Part shown: positions 51,353 through 64,000 of the stretch, in pieces
Layout of the letters: every line of letters begins with the position of its first letter
Position numbering within the stretch: position 1 is the first letter of the stretch
Assembly: GCA_951406725.2 (NCBI GenBank)
Contig: OX597816.1
Span: forward strand, 70,618,001 to 70,682,000
Length of the DNA stretch: 64,000 nt
DNA from: Octopus vulgaris
Lineage: Eukaryota
Reading direction: 5' to 3'
Program-made: the position numbers and the translations under genes
The notes under the pieces: model-generated
Told to the model about the DNA's origin: nothing
Seen by the model: only the letters and a program-made list of their open reading frames with translations
Databases searched by the model: none

Positions 51353-52542
51353 GCAAATGTGTGTGTGTGCACGTGAGTAAGTATGTTGATGTGTGTGTTT
51401 GTATGCGAATGTTGGTGTTTCTTTTATCTTGACAGCGTGCAAGGTTTGTAAACGAGCATCATTGTGATACAAGCTGTGCCATTCGTTTCCATCCTGCTAT
51501 GAAAACATATCATATCTGACTAGGAGGAAATATTACGTTGCTTGGAAGCGCCATCTGGCCGTAGGAAATGTGCCTAAACGAATTTTACCTGACCAATACA
51601 AGCATGGCATAGTGGAGTTTGAAAAACAAAATGATGATGATGTTAACTGCCAAATTTCATTTGTCTTATACTAGTTTATTAACAACTCTAGTAGAATACA
51701 CTTGCTCCAATGTGCTGTAAAGTAGGATTGAACCCAAACCACAAGGCTGTGAAGCAAACTTCTTAACTATTTATCTTTGTCTGAACCTTTTTCTTTTTTT
51801 TTTTGCTTTTGTTTGTTTTCTTATTTTTTTAAATCTGCGTTTTTGAAATTTGACTTGGGACTGCCAGATCAGATTGGAGCCTGGTGCAGCCATCTGGCTC
51901 ACCAGTCCCCAGTCAAACCATCCTACCCATGCCAGCATGGAAAGCGGACGTTAAACGATGATAATGATGATGATCGTGGTGCTGAGATTCAAGCATGACT
52001 ATGTGTTAATAGGTTTGCTTCTCAACCACATGGCTCTGGATTTAGTTCCACTGGGTGGAACCTTTAGCAAGTATAATCTGCTCTAGCTTCAGGCAACCAA
52101 TGCCTTGAGATAAACAGCACATGACCTTGCAGGTGGGGTCCAGTTAGTATTTTCTTCAGGTCGAGTAGCCCATCGCAATCAAAAGGTCCTTGAATAAGGG
52201 TTGTTTAATGGTGTTGAATGAAACACCCATGTTTCCAAAGATGAATTATCCAAACCCCAAAGAATTCCTCTCAACACATGGCTATGATGCTCCCCCACTA
52301 CTTCTGCTCGTGATCAGAGATGCACATATCGCCAGCCATTAAGGAACATGCTCAACTGGTTAAAGTCAAACAACTGACAAGCAAATCTGTGGTATTGAGC
52401 AGAATATTTTCTGTAGTTCATCTTTTATACCAAGACAAAACAATGTACATGATAATACTTCCAATCAGTTAAGATCAGAAGCCATGAGAGCCACTGTGTG
52501 GTACCGCATCAGGGCATTTATTGTAGTTGTTGTTGTTGTATA

Positions 52543-53337
52543 AGGTGATGAGCCAGCAGAATCATTAATACACTAGAGAAAATACTTAAGCAGCATTCCA
52601 TCCATTTTTACATTCTGAGTTCAAATTCCACCAAATTTGCCTTTCATCCTTTCAGGGTTGATGAAATAAGCACCAGTTGAGCACTGGGGTTGATAAGCAG
52701 CTAGTTTCCTGCTCAAAAATTTCAGGCCTTGTGTCTACAGTAGAAAGGATTATTATCATTATTATAATATATCAGGTGGCAAACTGGCAGAACCATTAGC
52801 GCACCAGACAAAATGCTTAGTAGCATTTCTTCCAGCTCTACATACTAAGTTCATATTCTGTTGAGGTTGGCTCTGCTTTCCATCCTTTTGGGGTTGATAA
52901 AATAAAAAACCAGTTGAGTACAAGAGTTGATATAGTCAACTAACACCATTCCCCAAAATTTCTTGCCTTGTGCTTATAGTAAAAAATTTATTATTATTAT
53001 TATCATTCAGTAGTTTTATTTTTATAACGTACTTTCACTTCCCTACCGAGCACAGCTCTGTTTGCCTTGGGTATGTGCTGTGATTTGTTGTGATGCTCTG
53101 ATGGTTACTGTATTGAAAGTGTTCTGCGTAGGATGTGTGCAGTGCCTAGTAGTGCAATTTTCTGTATGTTATATGTGTTTGTAAGTCCTGGTGTATTTGT
53201 TATGTATTTATCTGAATATTTTTTTATCATGCCTAATGCACCTACTATGATAGGAATCGTTTCTAGTTTTAGATTCCACATTCTAGTCACCTCTATTTCC
53301 AGGTCTATTATTATTTTTATTATTATCATTATTATTG

Positions 53338-53402
<65 letters not shown>

Positions 53403-53860
53403 TATAAAGTGGTGAGCTGGCAGAATCGTTAGAATGCCAGGTGAAATGCTTTGTGGTATTTCGTCCTTCTTTCCATTCTGAGTTCAAATTCCAGTGAGGT
53501 TGACTTTGCCTTTCATTCTTTCAGGGTTGATGAAATAAGCACCAGTTGAAAACTAGGGCTGATGAAATTGCCTAGCCCCCTCCCCTCAAATTTAGGGCCT
53601 TGTGCTAATAGTAGAAAGTTTTGTTATTATTATTATTATTATTTATAGGTGGTAAACTGGCAGAATCATTAATATGCCAAGCAAAATGCTCAGCAGCATT
53701 TCATCTGTTTACACATCCCGAGTTCAAATTCTGCCACGGTCAACTTTGCCTTTCATCCTCTCAAGGTCAATAAAATAAGCACCCATTGAGCACTGGGGTC
53801 AATGTAACCAACTTACCCCCTCTCCCAAACTTGCTGGCCTTGTGTCAAAATTTGAAACCA
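52543..53860 (+). mobile_element. Head-to-tail array of four SINE family B variants separated by (ATT)n
   Basis: Units start ggtg(a/g)..ctggcagaa-like at about 52543, 52774, 53408 and 53647. Confidence 0.8.
53005..53310 (-). mobile_element. R4/Dong-like LINE 3' end inserted in (TAA)n
   Basis: DLEIEVTRMWNLKLETIPIIVGALGMIKK..IQKIALLGTAHILRRTLSIQ*; (TAA)n on both sides. Confidence 0.8.
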
Positions 53861-55479
53861 TTATCATAATTGTTTATGATTGAGTGTTAAGTTATACAAT
53901 CAATGTGTATCGTACAAGGGTGACACATTAATATCAAGATTGTGTTAACAAGTTGTGCCCAGTGTCAAAACTGTTGAAAGCAGCATCAGCTTTCTGGTGG
54001 ATGTAGTTATGATGGAATGTTTCACTAACAGAATGCTGGATCTCAAGGAATTTATCAGAAGTCATTTTGATTCTTTGGACTATTATCCTCATCTAATATG
54101 TTACTATTTTTACCTGCTAAATCTCTGGTGATCAGGAGATGAATTAGCAGAGTCATTAGACCATAAAAACAGCTTGCTGCTTATAATTCAAAGCTATGCA
54201 CTCCAAGGTCAAATCCTGCCAAGGGTAGCTTTGCTTTTCATTCTTCTGGGGTTTATTAAAAAGGTACAAATCCAGACCAGTGGATTGGTGGAACTACAAG
54301 ATGGTTTGGAGTATTTGTTCTGGATCTTTGCATTCTGAGTTCAAATAATGTCATTACCTACACAGATGGTAGATTTTGACCATGACTTGGTTTAACACTA
54401 CAATCATACACATTAGGTGCCTTCAGCAGAGTTTGCTTTGTTATAAGCTTTTGGAACAGAGTCCAGTCACAGGATACTTTCCTCCCGCCCTCCCACTTAT
54501 CTCAGAGGCTCTTTAAAAGCTCATAATTACTGCCTTCCATCCAAACTGAAAGATAAAAGAAAACTCTGGTGTCTTATTCTTGGATGTATACATAGTACCT
54601 GACTAGATTCTTAACCATTATTTCTTTAGAAAAAAGATTCCAATTTCAAATCCAATCAGGTGCTATGTACACATCCTGGAATAAGATAACTGACAACAAT
54701 GAAAGATCAAACCAATTGAAATGTAATGTAGATTTAAATATTAAAATATTATTTTATCTCTAAAGTTGAGGTTAATAGTCTGAAAATTTCTAAATAAATG
54801 TATTTATAGATTTCATTATAAACTCCTTAACACAGCTCTATTTGCACAATCTATTTACATACAGATAGACAGATATATATATATATACTTAGCTCTAGTC
54901 TTTTAATATAATAACTTTCACATCTAGAATGTATTATAGGAATATTAAAATAAAATGTAGTGGGAATCATCTAATGTCACTATTCATTAGAATATAGCCC
55001 ACATAATTAACAACATCTGACCAACCATGACTTTGTATGGAATGGGCTCCAATGACAATCTTGTTGATAAACACAATTTTATTCTTTTATTTTTTTGCTT
55101 GTTTCAGTCATCTGACTGAGGCCACGCTGGAGCACCGCCTTGAAGGGTTTTAACTGAACAAATCGGCCCCAGAACTTATCTTTTGGTGCTCTTCCTTTTG
55201 AGCCTATCAACCAGTATTACTTCAACGCACTGTGACTAGTAGAAAGACAGCTTTGAGCTGAAGCAGAGAGAGCATTGACAGACACTGGAGGAGATGGCCA
55301 ACAGAGGCAGTGGACACCAGCTGATAACACAGAGGCAATGAACAGTCACAGGACGAAATCAGTAGCCAGCAAGCATCTAAAAACACTTTATCTGTTGCTA
55401 CAACTACACCAAGAACAATAGTATTCAAAATTCTCTCAGCGTTTTGTCATTTGTAGCAACAACATTTGTTTTTTGCTCA

Positions 55480-55882
55480 GGCATAGCTGTGTGGTAAATA
55501 GCTTGCTTACCAACCACATGGTTCCAGGTTCAGTCCTTCTGTGTGGCACCTTGGGCAAGTGTATTCTACTACAGCCTCAGGTCGACCAAACCCTTGTGAG
55601 TTGATTTGGTAGAGAGAAATTGAAAAAAGCCCATCATATGTGTGTGTGTATGCATGTATTTATCCATGTGTGTGTGTCTTTCTGTCTGTGTTTGTCCTCC
55701 AATCACCACTTGACAGCTGGTGTTGATGTGTTTACGTCCCAGTAACTTAGCAGTTTGGCAAAAGGAGACTGACAGAATAAGTATTAGGCTTAAGAAATAA
55801 GTCCTGGGGGCGATTTGTTTCACTACAACCCTCCAAGGCGGTGCTCTAGCATGGCCACAGTCAAATGATTGAAACAAATAAA
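55480..55882 (+). mobile_element. SINE family A
   Basis: Similarity to 45428-45856. Confidence 0.85.
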
Positions 55883-56077
55883 AATTTTGTTCATCAAAAT
55901 TTCCAACAGACTCCAGTGTTCTTCTTTGAACAAAAATAATATCAGCCATGAATTTGAAACCTGACTGGTATTTTATCTCAGCATCTCTGGAAAGATGAAG
56001 ATACAGAAGCTGACTTAAACAGTACTTTAACTCAGAATGTAAGGAGGTGTAAGGCATTTTGTCCAAGGTTAATTACC

Positions 56078-56444
56078 TCTATATATATAAACGGCAAAAT
56101 GTCAGTCTGTGTGTGTGTCCTTTATACAAATCCACAATTTTTCAGTTAGAGGGTTCGCACTTTCTATGGTCATTCAGAACCATCCAAGGGTGGTCGTGCA
56201 CATCTTTACATTTCCCCAGTCACACCGCAAAGCCATTAAAAAAATCAATAGAAGTGACTTTTTTGTGAATTTTCTATCCAAAACCCAATCAAAATGCCCG
56301 AAACTTGATATGCCAATTGAATGCCAGCTAGCTGTATGTGATTGGTCAGAGATTTGGACAGTACTCATGTGTATGTGCGCATGCACGCAGCTGTATATGC
56401 ATGCACTAGCACTATGACCAGGCAACGCCGGGTCATATTGCTAC
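56078..56444 (+). mobile_element. Non-autonomous Helitron-type element
   Basis: 5' TCtatatatataaa; 3' hairpin atgaccaggc-aac-gccgggtcat then gCTAC (decayed CTAG); no TSD seen. Confidence 0.7.
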
Positions 56445-56599
56445 TTATATAATATTTTACTAACGGCATTTGTGTTAATTACTCGGTGTCCTCTGGATGG
56501 CTATTAATATAAAGGGAGGTAATTAACTCCTCACAGCATGAGGCAGAACAATAAATTTGAATTTGAAATCAAGGAATGCAAAGAGTTTTCATATATAAT

Positions 56600-57201
56600 G
56601 CTTAGTGGTGTTTCGTCTGTTGTTACGTTCTGAGTTCAAATTCCACCGAGGTCGACTTTGCCTTTCATCCTCTCGGGGTTGATAAATAAAGTACCAGTTT
56701 CGCACTGAGTCGATGTAATCGACTTAATGCGTTTGTCTGTCCTTGTTTGTCCCCTCTATGTTTAGCCCATTGTGGGTAGTAAAGAAATATATATAATTCT
56801 TTGCATCTATACTCTTTTACTCTTTTACTTGTTTCAGTCATTTGACTGTGGCCATGCTGGAGCACTGCCTTTTAGTCGAGCAAATCAACCCCAGGACTTA
56901 TTCTTTGTAAGCCTAATACTTATTCTATCGGTCTCATTTTGCCGAACCATTAAGTTACAGGGACGTGAACACACCAACACCGGTTGCCAAGCAATGGGGT
57001 GGGGACAAACACAGATACACACACACATTACATATATATACGACGGGCTTCTTTCGATTTCCATCTACCAAATCCACTCACAAGGCTTTGTTCAGCTCGA
57101 GGCTATGGTAGAAGACACTTGCCCAAAGTACCACATAGTGGTACTGAACCCAGAGCCATATGGTTGGTAAGCAAGCTACTTACCACACAGCCACTCCTGC
57201 A
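56600..57201. mobile_element. SINE B (56600-56790, plus) and SINE A (56810-57201, minus), tail to tail
   Basis: Similarity to the other copies. Confidence 0.85.
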
Positions 57202-58464
57202 CTTATATGGTGAAGATTTTACAATTTCTAGTCAGTGGTAATTATGTATTGTATCAGTTTATCCTTTTTAGGAATCTTAAGCATGACTTGAGATGTAAAT
57301 TTGTTAATTGGATATATATTACAAAGACAGGAATTACAGTATAATTAAATACAATGTTAATTACAGCCCAGTGGAATTTTGCAATTTTGATATAACGTTG
57401 TAGGTTTAGGTTCGGTTACAAATTTTTCTGGTGATAAAGTTTACCACACATCTCTTTCATGATATTGCCTGGCCATTATGAAACAACCGCATTGTAACAG
57501 AAAAACAGCAGATTTGTTGTTTTCCTTTTTCATTCTTTCTTTTTTTTTTTTTTTGTATGATTTTCAAAATACAAAGCTTCTTTGAATTTGACTTGTGAAT
57601 TATTTGGAAACATAATATTAAATGAAAAAGAAAATAAATGATAATTTATTTATTTATTCTGCTATGCTTAATATATACTTGAATGTGAGTTATAAATATT
57701 GGTTTGGTGTTGCCTGAGAGAAATGAGCAAGATTTTGAAAGACAAAGGGTCAGAAGTACTTTATCTGATAAAGTCACAATAGCAGTTGGTCTTTGACGTT
57801 GGACTCATCAATCACCTTCATCATCATCACCAATATTTTCACCACCATCACTATCATCGTTATCATTACTGCCACCAACCACACCACCTCCACCAACACC
57901 ACCACCCTCATTATAATTAACATCGTTTCATCATCATCATCATCATCACCAGTACCAACACTGCCACCGCCACCACCACCACCATCATCATCATCATATT
58001 ATGTTTGTCTTTCTATGTTGGCATGAGTCATTCTGGTTATCATGGTTTGAATTAGTTCTTATTCAGAGCAACTACTGTCCTAGATGGGTAGGTGGACAAC
58101 TTATCATTTTCAACACCCAGATACACATTTGTATGTGTGTAAGTACACACACACACGCACACACACATGTGCACAGCATCATCATTTAACATCCACTTTG
58201 GGTAAGAGTTCATATGAAGCAGACTTTCTATGACTGCATGCTCTTCCTGTCACCAACCCTCATCTGTTTCCAAGCAACATAATCATTCACCATGGCCGGC
58301 CATGTCTTTTATGGAAGACTGGAAACAAATGACTTTGCTTATATGACAGTGATGCTCGTTTACAACAACCATGTAATAACTCAATAAGGATACACACACA
58401 CACACATACATGCATACATACACACATACAAACATACATATATAAAATACATATATATACATAC

Positions 58465-58512
<48 letters not shown>

Positions 58513-58799
58513 TTGAAAAAGGATGCCTGGCGTTCAATTCATATATATATGATGGGCTTTTTTCAGTTTCCGTCTACCAAATCAACTCACAAGGCTTTGG
58601 TCGGCCCGAGGCTATAGTTGGAGACACTTGCCCAAGGTGCCACACAGAGGAACTAAACCTGGACTTCTTTCAGTTTCCATCAAGCAAATCCACTCACAAC
58701 ACTTTGGTTGGCCTAGGGCTATAGAAAAAGACACTTGCCCTGAACTCAAAACCATATGGTTGTGAAGCAAACTTTTTATTACTCTGCCATGTTTGCACC

Positions 58800-59607
58800 T
58801 ACAGTTGTGGCCAAAAGTCTGGAACATTTTTTAAAGAATTAAAATTGTTATTCCCAAATACAATTTCATTCAAATACATACAAATGTAGAGATAGACCTA
58901 CCTAATTATTTTCAGACTTATGTTCCAGACTGTTGGACAAGAAATAATTTTTTTTTACTTGTTTCAGTATTTGACTGTGGCCATGCTGGAGCACTGCCTT
59001 TAGTTGAGCAAATCAACCCCAGGACTTATTCTTTGTAAGCCTAGTACTTATTCTATTGGTCCCTTTTGCCAAACCACTAAGTTACAGGGACATAAACACA
59101 CCAGCATCAGTTGTCAAGCGATGTTGGAGGGACAAACACAGACACACAAACATGTACACATATATATATATACATATATACGACAGGCTTCTTTCAGTTT
59201 CCATCTACCAAATCCACTCACAAGGCTTTGGTCAGCCAGAGGCTTTAATAGAAGACACTTGCCCTAGGTGCCATGCAGTGGGACTGAACCTGGAACCATG
59301 TGGTTTGCAAGCAAGCTACTTACCACATAGCCACTCCTACACCTATGTTGCAAATCAAAAAAAAATTTAGCATTTAATATGAAAATTCTAATTTTCAAAC
59401 CTATGTTCCAAAGTTTGGGCCAAGGAATATTATATAGCAAATGAAATATAACTTTGGGCATTTAATATAAAAATTCTAATTTTCAAACCTATGTTCCAAA
59501 TTTGGGGCCAAGGAATAATATATAGCAAATGAAATATAACTTTGGGCATTTAATATAAAAATTCTAATTTTCAAACCTATGTTCCAAAGTTTTGGCCATG
59601 ACTATAT
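58800..59607. mobile_element. Tc1-derived non-autonomous element with a tandemly amplified ~89-bp subterminal unit; SINE A nested at 58956-59343
   Basis: TIRs tacagttgtggccaaaagtctggaaca / tgttccaaagttttggccatgactata; about 2.6 tandem units at 59370-59600, each with ctatgttccaaa..ggcca. Confidence 0.7.
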
Positions 59608-61475
59608 TCAATAAAATAAATAGTGAGCAGTCTTATCAAGTAGCATAATCCACTAGATGTAGCTAAAAGAACTTACTTTGATCATGAACACTATAACACC
59701 TGAGTTGTCTGATAACCTAATAACACATTTATGAATAAACCATTGCTGGATGAACCAATGAAGGAACCTGTATTCAAAGACAAAGAGTGAAGAATATCTT
59801 AAGTACCAGGAGCACATTGCAATCCTATTTGGATGCACCTCTGCTAAGAAAAACTAGGTAGAATTTAAGGAAAGTACCTCACTCTACTCCATTACTTTTG
59901 TCTCTTGAAATTTTGTTCTTGTGAGTGGATTTGGTAGATGGAAACTGAAAGAAGCTCATTGTATATATGTATATATATATGTGTATGTGTTTGTGTGTCT
60001 GTGTTTATCCCTCCAACATCGCTTGACAACCGATGCTGGTGTGTTTATGTCCCCTGTAGCTTAGTGGTTTGGCAAAAGAGACCAATAGAATAAGTACTAG
60101 TCTTACAAAGAATAAGTCCTGGGGTTGATTTGCTCAACTAAAGGCAGTGCTCCAGCATGGCCACAGTCAAATGACTGAAACAAGTAAAAAAAAAATTATT
60201 TCTTGGCCAAAAGTCTGGAACATAGGTCTGATAATAATTAGGTAGGTCTTTCTCTACATTGTATATATTTGAATGAAATATTTGTCCAGGTTTCTATTAT
60301 TTAAATTTTGTAGATTATAATTCTGCAAAACAATTTGCAATTTATTTCTAAAATTTCAACTTTTAATTTTTTCTTTTTTTTTTTATCAGTTCCACCATTA
60401 CAAACTTTTTTCGTCATCTCAAAGTTCACATATATTTTACCTTTTCTGACAGTTTTCGATTTTTTCTCAAAAGAGATCACAATTCTATAGTAAAAAAAAA
60501 TCTCAAATTCAATCAAATTCTTTAAAAATCTAACCCATGTTCTCTGTTTCAAAGTATGCAACCAACAGCAGCTTTTTAGCTTCTAATTTTTAGGAAACGG
60601 TTTTTTCTTCTTTGAATGCAATAAATAAATGCATGCTTAAATAAATGGTGCTTATTCTGTAATTTTGTTGGAAAAATAAGTTTACAAATTCAGTGTTATG
60701 TAGCTTATGCTAAATAAGTATTCTGGCCCAAAAGATTGAATCGGTTTTTTAATGGATTTCAAGAAAATTTTGTTGTCGAATGATTTCAGATTTGAAATTT
60801 CTCCCGGTGGTGAGGGGTTTCATAGCCTTGGTCTAAGCCACTCATAAGACACTGCTCCTTATCAGGTGAGCTGCACAGCAAAAAAAAAAACCAAAAAACC
60901 TCAAGGTAATTTTTCGTTAGGTGTACGATTTAGAACGTCTCACAGGCCACAGTTTGCCCATGATTGGAAGTGGTCATATAATCTACAGAAAATAGCAGCC
61001 AGAACCTTTCTCAAACCATACCAGTAAGAACTTGAAAAAGGGTAAATTAAAGAAAGAAGACGTAGTTAAACTATGTCTAAATAGAAGACGTGATGGTCAT
61101 GGTTGAAACACTTTTGTTCAAAGGTCTACTTGAACAGTGCTAACTTAGAACACAATAACAAAACCAAGTCTTTTCTGAATTGGGGAAAAGATTTTTTCCC
61201 TCGCGTCATGAGTTTCCTAGTAGGGGTTATCCCCCTTACATTTGACAAAAATCTTAATAAACAATCCATTGCATTTTTTTAATACAAACATGGGCAACTT
61301 TTTTGGAGAAGCAGACCGAATGAAATATAGCTCATCAACAGTTGAGCCGCACCACTAAAAGAAACTGAAAGTGATTTTCCTTAAGCCGTGTCATTCATAA
61401 AGACCCTCGGACTGCAATTTTCACATTACTGGAGGCAGCCTTATGGTTGTATGGTGTGACGTGAGGTAGAAGTTT

Positions 61476-61898
61476 GGATCTTTACGGTTTGAACGGCAGT
61501 TTTTAACATAATTTCTAGGTAACTAAAAAATTTTAAACTTCGTATACTCATAGAATGTGTTTATAAAACATGATTTTCTCTTGGCTTTATTGAGAAAATT
61601 CTATAGTTTGTAAGATATTTGTTGTTGTTTTTTTTTCAATTTCTGCAATTTCAACCAATCACTGACGTCTATTGAGGTGGGAAAAAACATTCAGTGCCGT
61701 ATGAATATGTCCCTCGTTTAAGAAACAGATTGGGTTTATTTACATTTGTGAAGAAAAAAAGACACCCTTCCCCCCTAACCCTAATCCTAACCCTAAAACA
61801 GACTGAAATGCAATAGATCGATACTAAGGTCATAATTATGGGTGACAATTTCATATGTCACCACTAGAAAAAAACTGCCGTTCAAACCGAAAAGATCC
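61476..61898. mobile_element. MITE with GG-starting TIRs and an 8-bp TSD (Merlin-like)
   Basis: ggatctttacggtttgaacggcagttttt / aaaaactgccgttcaaaccgaaaagatcc; TSD agaagttt (61468-61475, 61899-61906); orphan right end at about 62291-62349. Confidence 0.8.
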
Positions 61899-62353
61899 AG
61901 AAGTTTCACTCTCCACCAGGAATTATAAAGTTTATTAAATATTTAAGACAGCGAGCTGGCAGAATCATTAGCACACCGGATAAAATGCTTAGTGGCAATA
62001 CTTCCGTCCCTACATTCTGAGTGCTAATTCCGCCGAAGTCGACTTTGCCTTTCATCTCTTCGGAGTCGATAAAATAAGTATTAGTTGAGTACTAGAGTTG
62101 ATGCTAATCGACTAGCTCTTGTCACCCAAAATTTTAGGTCTTGTACTGACAGTAGAAATAAATACTATAAAAGAAAAACCAGCATTAGTGTTACAACTTC
62201 CCATCTCATATTAACAGGAAGAATTAGACGTGGTTTTCTTTTTCATTAAGTTTCTTGATTGGAATAGATTCGTCAATCCGGTTTCAATTCTGGGAGACAA
62301 TTTCATATGACATCACTAAAAAAAACTGCCGTTCAAACCGAAAAGATCCCAAA

Positions 62354-62737
62354 TCTTTATATATAAAAGAGAGGTTGTGTGTCTGTCTCCTACGATTTAG
62401 ATTCCTAACTACTCCCACATTTTGCGGTGCAGTTTAACCAAAACCGGGTATCTTATAGTCGAGCCCTTCTGGGTATTAGCGCGCGTCTACGTTGAGTCTA
62501 CGATTTAAAAAAAAAATTACCATAAATTTTTCCATTTTAATGCATTTTTTCGCTATTATATAAGGGAAGTAACTCTCTAAAAATGTCTACGATGAGTCAA
62601 CGATTTAAAAAAAAAATTACCATCATTTTTTTTCCATTTTTAATGCATTTTTTGTTATTTTTTGGCTATAACTCTCTAAAAATGCTTATATAGTTATTTC
62701 CCTTACAAACTCGAGCAACGCCAGGCGATACTGCTAG
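62354..62737 (+). mobile_element. Non-autonomous Helitron
   Basis: A|TCtttatatataaaa..gagcaacgccaggcgatactgCTAG|T termini; internal ~100-bp tandem duplication. Confidence 0.8.
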
Positions 62738-63767
62738 TTTCTAATAAAAAAAAAATTGCTGGGCCATTTTGTTACCTTTACATCTCTGATGGACTTTAAA
62801 TATATTTGTCTTTCATAGAACGATAAGTTAGGAATCGGAATAACGAAAACAGTTTATGCTAACAAATAAGAGCTGAGAAAAACTGGACGGAAACGAAGAG
62901 CCTATAAACATCCTGTTGCTAATATCTATCACAGTGGTATTAATCATTAAGGTTAAAGGTGGGGAACTGGTAGAATTGTTAGCAAATCGGACAAAAACGG
63001 CAGTAAGTTCAAATACTGCTAAGGTTAGTTTTACCTTTCACCCGTTTGAAATATTGGAGTCGACAGAATCGAATTCTATCCAAAAATCTTTGGCCTTGTG
63101 TTACAATTTGAAACAATAAAACATTAATATTTGATAGTTTGTGTTCATGCGTTTACTTATTTTGATTATTTTCCACTAAGCTGCACTATTTGTTGTTTAA
63201 CTGAAATTTGTGTTTAATTTTTGGTTCAGTTTTGTTGATTTTATACTCGAGTGGAGCATGAAAATATTCAGTAAACCAATTGAAACCGACTGAAAATCTT
63301 TGTTCTACGAGGTCACCCGATTTGATTGAAACAACAACCAACTCATCCTCAAATAATACTTTATTGTTTTTGAATATAGAAAACACAGCATGGATTAGTT
63401 GTGACTTGATCGACTTTTTGATAATGCTTTCAGAACCAAGCCTTACCTGTGGTTAAATAACAATATCAGTCAACTAAACGAATGTGTGAAGTTCTAAATA
63501 GTTACTCGCCGATGTGGTAATAGCAATAAAATCCTCCTTAAATTACGCCTTACCATCTTAAATACGATGTGTCTCAAGAAAAGACTGTATACCTGTTGAC
63601 GAAAGCCTTTCCAGGGATGCTCGATCCAGACTAACTTGGGAGTAAACAAGATAGTGATGTAAAAGTAACAAGGACCAGCCCAATAATCTTGGGCTTATTC
63701 ATGGCATAGGTAGTGAGATGGCAAAATCGTTAGAATCGGGCAAAATGTCCACGGTATTTAGTTATAA

Positions 63768-64000
63768 GGCGGCGAGCTGGCAGAATCGTCAGCAAGCCGG
63801 GCGAAATGCTTAGCTGTATTTCGTCTGCCGTTACGTTCTGAGTTCAATTTTCGCCGAGGTCGACTTTGCCTTTCATTCTTTCGGGGTCGATAAATTAAGT
63901 ACCAGTTACGCACTGGGGTCGATATAATCGACTTAATCCATCTGTCTGTCCTTGTTTGTCTCCTCTGTGTTTAGCCCCTTGTGGGTAGTAAAGAAATAGG
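63768..64000 (+). mobile_element. SINE family B, CpG-rich (probably young) copy
   Basis: ggcggcgagctggcagaatcg..aaagaaatagg. Confidence 0.88.

Noticed and set aside
55220-55460. Host exon
   Set aside because: Stops interrupt the frames; it looks more like a very decayed RTE/BovB-like 3' fragment and is too degraded to call.
59677-59767. Dynein intermediate chain WD40-like G.IHKC motif
   Set aside because: The resemblance needs two or more frameshifts and is too short to support a gene call.
61774-61797. Telomere or chromosome fusion scar
   Set aside because: Only four units, lying inside a TIR-bounded MITE.

Overview
Eukaryotic, AT-rich, microsatellite-dense window made almost entirely of interspersed repeats. 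The tRNA-derived SINE families and the RTE LINE with a (GAT)n tail point to an octopus/cephalopod genome (inference). No host protein-coding gene can be called; only a few low-confidence exon-like islands are visible. Recognisable content includes a 5'-truncated but frame-intact RTE LINE (RT with an embedded PHD finger), CR1/L2-group and R4/Dong-like LINE 3' fragments, several decayed Tc1/mariner transposons, three Helitron-type elements, a Merlin-like MITE, at least four SINE families and many RTE-tail copies. The strongest unexplained signal is a set of small non-autonomous elements carrying minimal type I hammerhead-ribozyme (HHR) motifs. The clearest is a palindromic family built as head-to-head tRNA-derived heads, each followed by (AAT)n and an HHR-bearing tail (2708-3304 with a 15-bp TSD; second copy 31291-31538). 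Related signals are HHR motifs in two other (TA)n-associated repeats, a covarying stem-loop shared by two diverged (TA)n-associated elements, and long terminal hairpin elements. Most long ORFs in the supplied track are microsatellite artefacts. Coordinates were read by eye and ends may be off by several bases.
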